Shown: piece after piece, positions 38,539-49,348 of the stretch | Layout: every line of letters begins with the position of its first letter | Numbering within the stretch: position 1 is the stretch's first letter | DNA from: Pseudovirgaria hyperparasitica | Lineage: Eukaryota | Assembly (NCBI GenBank): GCA_010093815.1 | Contig: ML996576.1 | DNA length: 64,000 bases | Reading direction: 5' to 3' (one strand) | Position numbers and translations under genes: made by a program | Notes under the pieces: generated by a model | The model's database searches: none | The model's input: only the letters and a program-made list of their open reading frames with translations | Told to the model about the DNA's origin: nothing

Positions 38539-38654
38539 CGCGTGCTGCTGGACTCTAGGTATCATGTCCACGATATGCTTCGCGTGCTGGACTCTAGGTA
38601 TCATGTCCTCGATATGCTTCGCGTGCTGGACTCTAGGTATCATGTCCACGATAC
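38539..38654. repeat. 39-bp tandem repeat, 3 copies (CGCGTGCTGGACTCTAGGTATCATGTCCACGATATGCTT)
   Basis: Directly visible, near-identical copies. Confidence 0.95.
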
Positions 38655-41089
38655 ACTGCCCTAGCAATTGGCCATCCCCAGCTCTCACAGTACAGCCATC
38701 TGACCGCTCATCTAACCGCCCTCGCCAGGCATGCTGCTTACTGCCAACTACTCTCATCGACAGCAGGATGGACACCCATCTCGCAAGGTTTCCAGTGAGC
38801 GCGCGCTCTAGCAGATGATGTATGTATCCATACCACCACTACTAATTACATTACCTCCAGCACCATAGATCTCGGCTCGTATGGGTGCAGTGCATGGCAG
38901 TTGGACCGGTGGTGGTGCTGGCCGATCCATAATTAACATATAATTAGTGCAGGCGCGTCCATTTCATAATTGACTAATTAGGCGCCCGCTACTCGATTCG
39001 ACGAGAGGCGATTCCCACGCGCCCCCCGGCCGGCCACGCTACGTGCATGGATGGATGGATGGATGGATGCAGCCAACAACGGAAAGAAAAAAGAAAAAGC
39101 ATTCTGAAACATAGTCGCGATGGAACGGATCGTGTGATGATGGTGGTGGTGGAAGAGGTGGAGGTTGGTTAATATGGTGGGCTCAAACCTCCTACTCAGC
39201 TGCTGTCGCCTCAGGCACCAAGCAAGCACCAAGCAGCAAGCAACAAGCAGCAAGCATTCTCAAGCCCTCCTGCAGACAGGCAAGCTATTCCAAGCCCCAA
39301 CGGTCGGCAGCATGTCAACGTTTTCCATAAGAAAAAGAGAACGAAGCAAGGCCGTTGAATGTGCTTGTTCCTGCAGACAGACAAACAGATAATTAGACAG
39401 ACAGACAGGCAGTCCAACGTGGGCGTGAGAAAGCTATCAATCTCAGACTCGTCCTACTCTAGCATGCATAACCAAAAAGCATTCTACAAATATACACAGA
39501 ATAAAACGTCTCCGTTGCTAATTAATCAGACGAGCGTGCACTCACTCCGACAGAAAGGAAAAACCAGCGCCATTGCTGATTGCGCTGGTTGGTTGGTGGA
39601 GCTAATTAGCCAGCCCTGGGAGCGAACAGAAGTCTCGCTGAGAACTGCCCAAGCCAGGGACCCAATGACGGCACGGGCCATCCAGCCATCCATCCAGCCA
39701 GGCAAGCTGCACTTTGCGTTTTATTGACGAAATGTCATCAACGGTGGTAGTACCGTAGTAGTATTAGCAGTAATAGTTCTGAATGTCACAGAAAGGCGAG
39801 AGGTGAATAGCAATGAATGAATTATGAGATTGCGCAGGATCCCATCTGCCAAGACTTTGGATATCCGATATAGATGGATAGATGGATGGAATGGCTAATT
39901 AGGTAGGTAGGGCAAGGAAATGAGAAATGGGCCCCCCTCCCCCTCCCCCAAAATCCTTTTGCACAGACCAATTTATTACTATGTACAACTCTCGGATTTT
40001 CTTCTCGGGAAACGAAGGGAGCGAGCGAGCGAGAGAGAGAGAGAGAGCTACAGTGTACCTAATTAGCACCACACTTTGAGAGTTGAGCTCTTGGTCTATG
40101 GATCTATGGATGGTGATGACATGCAATGGAACAGGTGACAGTATGTGAGAGCCAGCGAACAGTCAAGTTCAGAATAATCATCAAGCCTAGTCTGAAGACA
40201 AAAGTTGACAAACTGCTCTAAACCAGTCGTGGTAGCACAGTTAGTTAGGCCGCAACATCCAGCAGCAGCAGCAGCATGACTTTTGGGGGTAATAATAGCG
40301 TTCGCAATGTACCACGCCAGAAGTGGTAGTTCATTTTAAAACAGAGAACCCGGACTCACCGGACGACAAGGGCAGGAAAACGGTTTGTTGACAAGTCATG
40401 TGTATCGATCGAGAGTGTGTGTGTGTGTCAATTGCCGTCGTTTGTCGGCGAAAACGGTTCTATAATACCTTATTCGAGAGAGTGAGGACGGATCACGATT
40501 CAGAACAAGGCTCGGGGCAAAAAGGGCAGGCGTGATGGCGTGGGTAACGGATTGAGGAGTGGGTGGTCCGGTCTGGGCGACGAGAAGGATGGTAAAGTAG
40601 ATGGGAACTCGGGAGTGTGAGAGCAGGATAGGATATAACGGGCATGGTATAGTTTTGTCACCCGGCGACTTTGGAAAGAAGGCGTCAGCAAGAAATAATT
40701 GGGCTGAAAGCATAAAACGGGCTCTCTCTCTCTCGCTCTCTAATTATCTTGACCTCGTTCGGACGGCTTGAAGCTTGATCGGTCAGGCATGGGCGTGAGT
40801 GGACGGGGTGGGTAGGTAAATGAGAGAAGTGGGTTCTACAACAAGGTCTTTGGGCGGTGACACACGAGTTCTTGCACTGCACGGCTTTTCCCAAGTCTTG
40901 ACCATTCTGTTGTTGTTCTTGTGGTCTTTGTCAGTGGTCGGCTAGACCGTTCTGAGACTTGCGCACCGAACTGGTGGAGGGTTGTCAAGTCATGTCATGG
41001 GAGCGAGGAGGACGAGCGCGCGCGCGCATCGCATCGGTGAAGGAGGGAGGAAAGGGGCTTGGCGCGGCTCTGAGAGGATGGCATGGATG

Positions 41090-41372
41090 GGCATGGACAT
41101 AGGCATGGACATAGGCATGGACATAGGCATGGACATAGGAGTTGTGCAGCAGGGCGACTGTGAGTGGAGGAGAGGGAGAGTGCAGACCAGCAGCAGAGAG
41201 GTTGAGAGCAGCCAGCGCGGAGTGGCCAGAGAGCCAAATAGGCGACGCATTGGCGCATCAGTCATTGGCGACGATGGAGTGGACAGTGTGTGTGTGTGGT
41301 GCGTGTGTGTGGTGGAGAAGAGTGGAGGTGTGGAAGAGTGGAGGTGTGGAAGAGTGGAGGTGTGGAAGAGTG
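41090..41372. repeat. 12-bp repeat (GGCATGGACATA)x4 at ~41090-41139 and 16-bp repeat (GGAAGAGTGGAGGTGT)x3 at ~41315-41372
   Basis: Directly visible. Confidence 0.9.
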
Positions 41373-42681
41373 GAAAAAAGAGTGGATGCAGTGATTAGTT
41401 GGGACAGGGCAGGGCAGGGCGCGCGGGCTAATGGACTAATAGACCATGTCGACGACAACATGACAGAGGCGGGCGGACGGACGGGGAGGCTAGAAAGACT
41501 AGGTACTGTACATAGTACATATTACAGTACGTACATTCATAGCTAGAAATAGAAATAGAAATCATTAGCTGCAATCATCATCCCGGCGCCTCCAGCCAGC
41601 CCGCCCAACCCAACGGACAAGCAAGACCGAGACAGACAAGCCATATACGGTCAACGGTAAGTAATTACAACAACAACAGCAGTGAAGACGAAGACTCTGA
41701 AGAGTAATAGTAGTCTGGCTACCCCAAATAGCTGCTGCCCCTCGCCCAAGTGCAGCCGCCTGTGCAGCATCACGACCACTACCACCACCACCAGTCAGTC
41801 ACCAGTCAACCACCACTACCACTCCTCCACCACCACAAACCCCCCCAGCAAGCCCCCCAGCTGTCAGTCAAGTCCCCCCCCCCCTAAGCAGCAGGCAACA
41901 CCCCAGCACCAGCACCAGCACCAGCACCAGCACCCACAACTACAACTACAACAACAAACTCCCCCAGTCGTCTCTCCCGTCCCCTCTTTCTGTCCTCCGT
42001 CCTCTCCCCATCAGCCAGCCCGCCCAGCTTTCTTCTTACCCCCCTCCCCCCTCCCCAAAAGTAAGTAAGCAAGCAAGTCTAAGTCAAGTCCAGTTAGCAG
42101 CCGCATCTTCTGCTCCTCTGCTCTTCTGCTCTCTCTTCTGCTCGCTTTTGCCCTTGGCCATCCCTGTTTCACCAATTGCTCACACACCTAAAGCTGCCCG
42201 CCTCCCCCCTCCTCACACTCGAGTTTCATCTTTCTTCAAACCCGCCCACTCCATTTCTCAAACCATCTTCCCACTCTTCTTACTTCCACACCTTCTCCTC
42301 CTCCTCGTCCATTCTCCACCACCATCACCACCACCACAACTACACCACCACCTCCTCCTCTTCCTCCACATCCCTTTCACTGCTTCGTTCACCTCCAACG
42401 CGAGACGTCTTGACTCTTTTTTGCTTCGAGGCAGGCCCTCGCTGTTGTTTCGCTCTCTTCGCAATCAATCCATTTTCCATCCTCTGCACCGCCCGTCTGT
42501 GTCGCGCGCCTTTTGCTTTCCCTCTTCCATCCAAATCCACTCCCCCCCCGGCAGGTCCTGTTTCTATTTCATCTCAATCAAAACACCAAATCCCCCTCAA
42601 TTCTACAATCGCTGCGCGTCTCATATATATCCTTCTTTTGTTTTCAACACGCTCGCCCTGAAGGTCCACGCCTCGTTCGTG

Positions 42682-42683
<2 letters not shown>

Positions 42684-42713
<30 letters not shown>
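42684..42713 (+). repeat. (CTG)10 in the STE12 5' leader, ending 5 nt before the ATG
   Basis: Directly visible. Confidence 0.95.
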
Positions 42714-42714
<1 letters not shown>

Positions 42715-42718
42715 AAGC

Positions 42719-45149
42719 ATGTACTCCAGCTCTCATGCTCAGATGGCTCCGCCCCAGCAGCGCTCCGTTGCTCCTGAAACCTTTCTATTAGATCAGGACG
42801 CGCAACAAAGCCTGCCGCCAGACTCGATTGTAGCGCTCCAGCAGGTCGATAATTGTAAGTACTCGTCCACCGAAACTGCAATTGAAAGACTCGTTCGTTA
42901 ATGCGCCGCACCAGTAAAATACTTTCTCATATCTGCGCCTGTCGACTGGCAACCCGATCAATACATTCGCAGGTTTCTGCTACCCACGGGCGAATATGTC
43001 TCGTGTGTGCTGTGGTATGTCCATCATCTCGACTTCTCCTCCTCCAGTCCCCACTCCCTCACACACAATCGATAGGAACAACCTCTTCCACATCTCCGGC
43101 ACCGATATTGTCCGCTGTCTTTCCTTTCGCTTCCAGGCTTTTGGTCGTCCTGTGAAGAACTCCAAGAAGTTCGAGGAAGGTATCTTTTCGGATCTGCGCA
43201 ATCTCAAGTCGGGCACGGATGCGTCGCTGGAGGAGCCAAAGAGCGCGTTCCTTGATTTCCTGTACAAGAACAACTGCATTCGTACCCAGAAGAAGCAGAA
43301 GGTCTTTTACTGGTATAGTGTGCCCCATGACAGGCTGTTCCTAGACGCGCTTGAGCGTGATTTGAAGCGGGAGAAGATGGGGCAGGAGGCCACCACCATG
43401 GCCGTCAGCGAGCCGGCCCTGTCCTTTGAGTTTGACTCGTCGCAGTCGCTGTTTGAGCAATTGACAAAGGCACAACAGACAAACTCCTCCTCCTTCAACA
43501 GCAACAACAATACCAGCAGTGTTCAGAACTATTCGCACTCGACCTCTCCAGTCATGCGCGCCATCGACTCCATGCCCCCGCCTCAGATGATGCCACAGAG
43601 CCTGCCCCCAGCCGTCTCTGCTGACGACTCGTTGAACCACATGGCTGCCTTCAATCACCACCACATGGCCATGCCCGCCTCCAGCATGGCCAACCCTGCG
43701 CACACCATCATCAAGAGTCGGGAGCGCGAATACACCCCAAGTGCTGGTCAGTTTGACCGCAATGGTATCCCCATCTCTCAGGTCCACCAGCGCCATAGCT
43801 CAATGCCTGCATACATGGAATACTCCCCTGCCCCCTCCTTTGTGTCCTCACACTACGATGACTATAGCAATCGTGGTCTCTCCTTTGAGCCAATCACCCC
43901 TCCCCAGCAGCACATGGGCATGGGCACTGAGCCTGCCTACATTGCCAATGAAGAGACTGGTCTCTACACGGCCATCCCGGACATGGGTGTCTCGCACAGC
44001 TTCAATCCGTTAATGCAACTTCCCCCCTCAAACCTGTCTGGGCCCCAATTCCCCAGCATGTCCAGACCCTTCCCTTCAGGCAATGTCTACAACGTTATTG
44101 AAGGCTCACCCACCTACAAGCAGAGGCGGCGCAGATCCTCCATTTCCGCCAGCGCCGTTGCCGCCGCTGCCGTCACTGCGACCGGTGGTGGTGGTGGCGC
44201 ACAGTCACACACAGTCCACCGACCCAGTGAATTGCGTAGATCAATGTCTGCTTCTGTCGCTCCTGTCCCGGAGACTGACGAGTCTGCACAAAACTCGCCA
44301 CAGAGCGCTGCAGTGGCCCAGATCCCGAATGCCGCCGACTACCACAACAACCACGTCAACTCGCACAAAGTTGACGTTCAGGCCTCCCGACATGGAACTC
44401 CTCTGGCAACCATTGAAGGCAGTCCTGTGCAGCAACCGGCCATGCTCGCCCACGAAGACTTTGGCAACATGACGACGACGACACACAGCGACTACGAGCC
44501 GATGCAACACAACATGGCTCGCAATCCCGCTCCGGGGGGAATCTACCGACGCGCGCGCAGTGCCACCATGATGGAGCTTGGACCGTATCCCCAGAAGTCG
44601 CATTCATGCCCAATTCCCACCTGTGGTCGATTGTTCAGGCGATTGGAGCACCTCAAGAGGTAAGCGCCCGTCGTCGTCAGAAGACAGACATACATTAGCA
44701 TTGGAACTGTAGCCGCTGACACGAAGCGCTTAGGCACGTGAGGACCCACACCCAAGAACGACCATACGTTTGCTCTCTCTGCAACAAGGCCTTTTCGCGC
44801 TCTGACAATCTCGCACAGTAAGTCATTTGCCTTGCCCTTGCCTTGCCTTGCCTTGCCTTACTGCCGCCGCCAAAGTCAAGTCCATACAGTTCGTTCGCAT
44901 GCTAACGTCAGCCTTAGACATCGCCGCACCCATGAGCCACGCCAAGAAGGCGACCCACTTCCCTTTGACGAAGAGGATCTCGAGGGCGAAGAAGAGGGTC
45001 TCGGCTCTCTCGAGGAAGAAGAGTCGCCAGAACCTTCAAACGACTATCTCCACCATCTGTCCATGCCGGCGGCTATTTCGGATATTCCTGGCCCCATGGG
45101 TAACGGAATGCACGCGCCACACCAACTCATCGCTGCGCACAACTACTAG
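42719..45149 (+). CDS. STE12: Ste12/SteA transcription factor (STE homeodomain-like domain plus two C2H2 zinc fingers). Exons 42719-42854, 42915-43014, 43076-44659, 44734-44817, 44918-45149
   Basis: [53 protein letters not shown] and [51 protein letters not shown]. Confidence 0.98.
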
Positions 45150-45650
45150 ACGCTACATCAGAAAAGCACTTTCCATTGCCTTTGTCCATTTTGCCCATTA
45201 GACTCGTTTAGTCCACATACAACCGCATCGCGACCAGCATTTTATTTTGGCAACTTTTGTCACGGTCATATATGTATGCCCCCGGGAACGACACGACGCA
45301 ACGACGCATCTTTTTTTCTTATTACCCGTTCGAACTTTTTGTTTATTTTTATACTTGGCCTGCCCGGTGGCTATCTTCTTTTTGTTCTTGAGTACCTCTT
45401 GTTAAAGTGTCTTGCATATTTTGTTTTCTTTTTTTTTTGCAAAATTTTTGTGGTGTTCATCCTCGAGTGGGAAGTCCTCGCGGTGTTGGGCTTATGAAAT
45501 ATTGGTGGTGTCTCGAGAGATTCTGCTGGGATTGTTTCTAGAGAGGAAATAAATACCTTTTTCTGGTCGAGTACATAGAAGAAAGCTCACACGCGCACGC
45601 GCGCGCCGATTTGGCGGCGGTGTGTATATTATACTTGCTATACTTGCTTG

Positions 45651-45653
<3 letters not shown>

Positions 45654-45723
<70 letters not shown>
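45654..45723. repeat. (TG)n microsatellite between the convergent STE12 and HIS6 3' ends
   Basis: Directly visible. Confidence 0.97.
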
Positions 45724-45725
<2 letters not shown>

Positions 45726-45877
45726 GTGCTCCGTATGGTGTCGTGAGGTATGTATGTATATCTATCTATCGTTTCCTTGGTTCCATTTTCAGTTCGACTT
45801 GATCCATGGCCGACCTTGTCTCTTCATCATATCCACATATACACTTTTTACACACCACGCACCCCTACTTATGCCCC

Positions 45878-46930
45878 TCATCCCTCCTTCTCACCCTCAC
45901 CATCCTCCCCCCTATCCTCCCCCCTATCCTCACCCTCCCCCCCATCCTCCCTAGCATTCCACCTCACACACTCCTCAAACCGCACCCCGGCCCCACCAAA
46001 CACATCCAGCGCACTCCCAATCGTCAAGTCCACCTTGCCGCCGCTCAGCGTCCTGACAAGCTCCAGATCCGCGATACTGCGCCCACCGCCGGCATACGTG
46101 ACGGGTATATCGCACCAGCGGGCGAGCTTCTGGACAAGAGCGCTGTCGATGCCCGACTGCAGGCCTTCGTTGTCCGCGGCGTGGATGAGGAATTCGGAGC
46201 AGTGCGGTTGGAGGTGGGATATTGTTTCTGTTTTTGGGGGGGTTTAGATATGGTTGGATGGGATGTGTTTATTGTATATTTATTAATACCTTGATTAAGT
46301 TCCATGTCCGTGACAGTCTGCCACTTATCCGTCGCGACGAACCAGGTTGAGCCGCGTCGGCGGCAGCTCAGGTCGATGACGAGCTTGTGCGTGTCGTTGT
46401 CGAGCGCGCGGAGCACGCTGTCGAGGCGGGCTTGCGAGAAGGTGCCGTTGGGGAAGAGGTGTGAGGTTAGGATTACCTGGTTTGAGCGCGGGACGCGCGG
46501 GGCGTGGGGATTAGCTCTTTTGTTGTGCGTGTTTGTGTTGTTTTTCGGTTTGGGGTTCGTGTGTGGGTGTGTGTGTGTTTCTGGGGGTTTCCTTTGTGTG
46601 TATGTGTATGTGTATGATTCAACCTACCTTCTCGGCGCCCCACGCAATCCACGATGCAGCATTCCCGTCGTTGATCCCGCCGCCGACTTGCAGGCCGCCG
46701 GGCCATGTATCGAGGGCTTCCCGCGCGGCGGCTTCGTTGCCGGGGCCGAGCATGATGATGTGTGCGCCGCGGAGGTCGTGGGCTTTGTAGAGCTGGGCGA
46801 AGTGGCGGGCTGGGTGCGGGGAGATGTGGTTTGTGCGGAGGGTGGACGGGGTGCTGGGGGAGAGGGTGCCGCCGACGATTTGCTTGACGCTGCCGGCGTG
46901 GAGGTCGATGCAGGGGCGGAAGCGTGTCAT
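45878..46930 (-). CDS. HIS6: ProFAR isomerase (histidine biosynthesis). Exons 46930-46628, 46476-46290, 46227-45878
   Basis: [52 protein letters not shown] and [13 protein letters not shown]. Confidence 0.96.
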
Positions 46931-47268
46931 TTTTGGGTCGTGGTGGTGGTGTTGTTTGTGGGATGGGGAGTTGAGGGGTTGTGTGTGTGGTTTAATGTAG
47001 AGGATTCAATTGATCTGTCGTCATCGCTTGGACTTGGTGACCAAGCCTAAACTGGAAATATATATACACTAACGCGACCACGACACACCCGCCCTCCGAT
47101 CGTCTCCCTTCTCTCCACCTCCACAACCTCCACCACCACAACAACAACAACAACACCAACCCTCCTCACAAACCCACCACCACACCCTCACTATTCCTAC
47201 CCACCATCTCTACACCGCCAACACCCTCCCTCCTACCCTCTCACACCAAACCAAACCCTCCCCCAAAC

Positions 47269-48064
47269 ATGTCCAACCGCGCACCCCCCGCCGCCCCCTC
47301 CCGCGCCCCCTCCGCCCGCGCCCAACAGCACGACACCACAACCTCAACAACCCACCCCAGCATCCGCCGCAACCTCTTCCAGCCCGCGCTCTCCAGACGG
47401 CCCGGAACCGCCGCGTCCAGCTCGTCGGCCAGCACCGCCACGCTTGCGCTCCACGCGCCGGATTCGCCGCCTCTGGCACCTGCTGCGCCGGCACGGGTTG
47501 CGTCGCGGAAGATGTCCGGGCGTGGCGCGTGGAATGAGGAGAAGGTGCGGGGAAGGAGTCGTGGGGGGTCGGTGATGAGTACTGGTGTGGGTGCGAGCGC
47601 GAGTGCCGGGGATGTGTTTGGTGGTAGAGCTGATGGCGGCACCCAGGAAGAAGAGGAGGAGGAAGAAGAGGAGTATGGGGATATTGTGGCGCGCGACGAG
47701 AGCGGGAGTTATATCGTGGATACGCTGGGGCTGATGATGCCGCCGATGCCGGGGGCCAAGGAGGACGGGGACGACGAGCTGGCCGAGGACGAGATGCGAC
47801 TGATTGAGATTCTGGGCCGTGGCGGGGAGTTGAGCGGGGAGATTCATGGGGAATTGGGTAATGTTTTTCTTTCTTGTTCCCCCCATCCCCCCCCTCCTGT
47901 GATATTTTGGAGTTGGGGCAAGTGAAGGAAGCTGGCTGACTTGTGGGAAATTTTTTTTTTTTGCAGAGTTGAAGGCTTCGCTGGCTGCGAGCTTGCAGGC
48001 CAAGTTGGCGAGTCTGGACAGAGATAGGTGGATGTTTGAGTCTGAGGATGTGGGCTCGCCGTGA
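47269..48064 (+). CDS. Small fungal hypothetical protein with IRRNLF and C-terminal LASLDRDRWMFE. Exons 47269-47857, 47967-48064
   Basis: Open frame with codon skew like neighbouring genes; canonical intron with a GCTGAC branch point. Confidence 0.8.
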
Positions 48065-48208
48065 AGAGGTGAGAAAAAGATGTCTATTCCGGATGCATAC
48101 GCTATGGTCACTATTACATCGTACAGACGAGACGCCGGAGACTCCCTTGCTACTTATGGCGCGCATGCAGAGAAAAAGACATGCGACACTGTACACACAC
48201 ACAACATC

Positions 48209-49348
48209 TCAATCCACACCCGGCGCCGGAGCAGCAGCCTGGACTCTCCTCTTTTGCTGCGGCGCGCCACCTCCACCACCGCCGCCCATGAACATGTTCA
48301 TCATGTCACCGAGCGGGTTGTATGCCTTGGGTATCCTCACTCCAAAGTACCTCTCGCCAATCTGATCCAGCGCATCGCCCCACGTGCCGACATCTCGGAT
48401 CTGAGCCTCGTATTGTTTTCGTAGCTTCAAGAATGGTGCTTGGGCGCCGCGCTCGACGGCCAACAACAGCAAGCCGAGGAAATTGAGCAGTGGCATGCTT
48501 GGGTATATGTTGACGTCGACATCTTGGTTGTCAACCTTCTTGGATGGAAGACCTGGGTTCTTCTCTTCGAGCTTGCGCGTAAATAGGAAGAATGACTGTT
48601 TCGCTCCCATGTAGTTGCCCGTGAGAAGGTACGGAAGCACAGCCCGTGAAACGTACAGCGGCGCCGTGGACGGCTCATCTTCCGTATACCATTCATACTC
48701 GAGCGTGCTCAGCGCGACAGGCGAATCGCGCGTGCCAAGCAGAAAGTGTCGCTCCGCATCATACGTCTCGTCGTCTGCCATGCCATAATTAGCCTCAGAT
48801 CTATCTCCTCGCTGCACATGCCTTCCCCCAAGCCCAAATATCTTACCAGCCGCAAACAACATGCCCGCCACATGATGCATCTCCGCATCCCCCATCTCGC
48901 TCTCCCCGAACCGCGCACTCCACCCCACCGCCTCATTGATGAACCGCTTCCGCGTCGGCTCCCCCGCCGGAAACCCGCGCATCAGCGTGATCAGCCGGCC
49001 TTTGCTCTCCGCATTCACGCCAATCTCGCTCTTGTTGTACACCTCCAGCAGGAACAGCGCCAGGTCGCCGCCGGACCCGCCCTGGCCTGCCTTGAGCAGT
49101 AGCTGTGCGCCCGAGTAGAGGATCGAGATGGCGGGGTCGGGCTGCGACTGTTTGATGTAGCGTGAGGCGATTACGCGGAGCTGTTGGTGGGCTTCGTAGA
49201 ATTGGCCTTCTTCGATTCTGGCGTTGGGGAGGGGGCGTGTTAGTAGAGAGGGTCTTGATTTACTTTGAGTTTGGGGAGGGGAGGGGAGGAGAGGGAGGGA
49301 TGTGTACTTCGCTTGTTGGCGTGCTATTGTCTTTTCGATCTTCGACAT
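48209..49348 (-). CDS. GET4: Golgi-to-ER traffic protein 4. Exons 49348-49308, 49217-48847, 48774-48209
   Basis: IEEGQFYEAHQQLRVIASRY, GQGGSGGDLA, AERHFLLG, RAVLPYLL and PLLNFL. Confidence 0.93.
   Translation of the reverse strand: MSKIEKTIARQQAKYTSLPLLPSPPQTQSKSRPSLLTRPLPNARIEEGQFYEAHQQLRVIASRYIKQSQPDPAISILYSGAQLLLKAGQGGSGGDLALFLLEVYNKSEIGVNAESKGRLITLMRGFPAGEPTRKRFINEAVGWSARFGESEMGDAEMHHVAGMLFAAGKIFGLGGRHVQRGDRSEANYGMADDETYDAERHFLLGTRDSPVALSTLEYEWYTEDEPSTAPLYVSRAVLPYLLTGNYMGAKQSFFLFTRKLEEKNPGLPSKKVDNQDVDVNIYPSMPLLNFLGLLLLAVERGAQAPFLKLRKQYEAQIRDVGTWGDALDQIGERYFGVRIPKAYNPLGDMMNMFMGGGGGGGAPQQKRRVQAAAPAPGVD

Noticed and set aside
34866..38654. 14-bp and 39-bp repeats as CRISPR-like arrays
   Set aside because: Units are contiguous with no unique spacers, there are no cas genes, and the context is eukaryotic.
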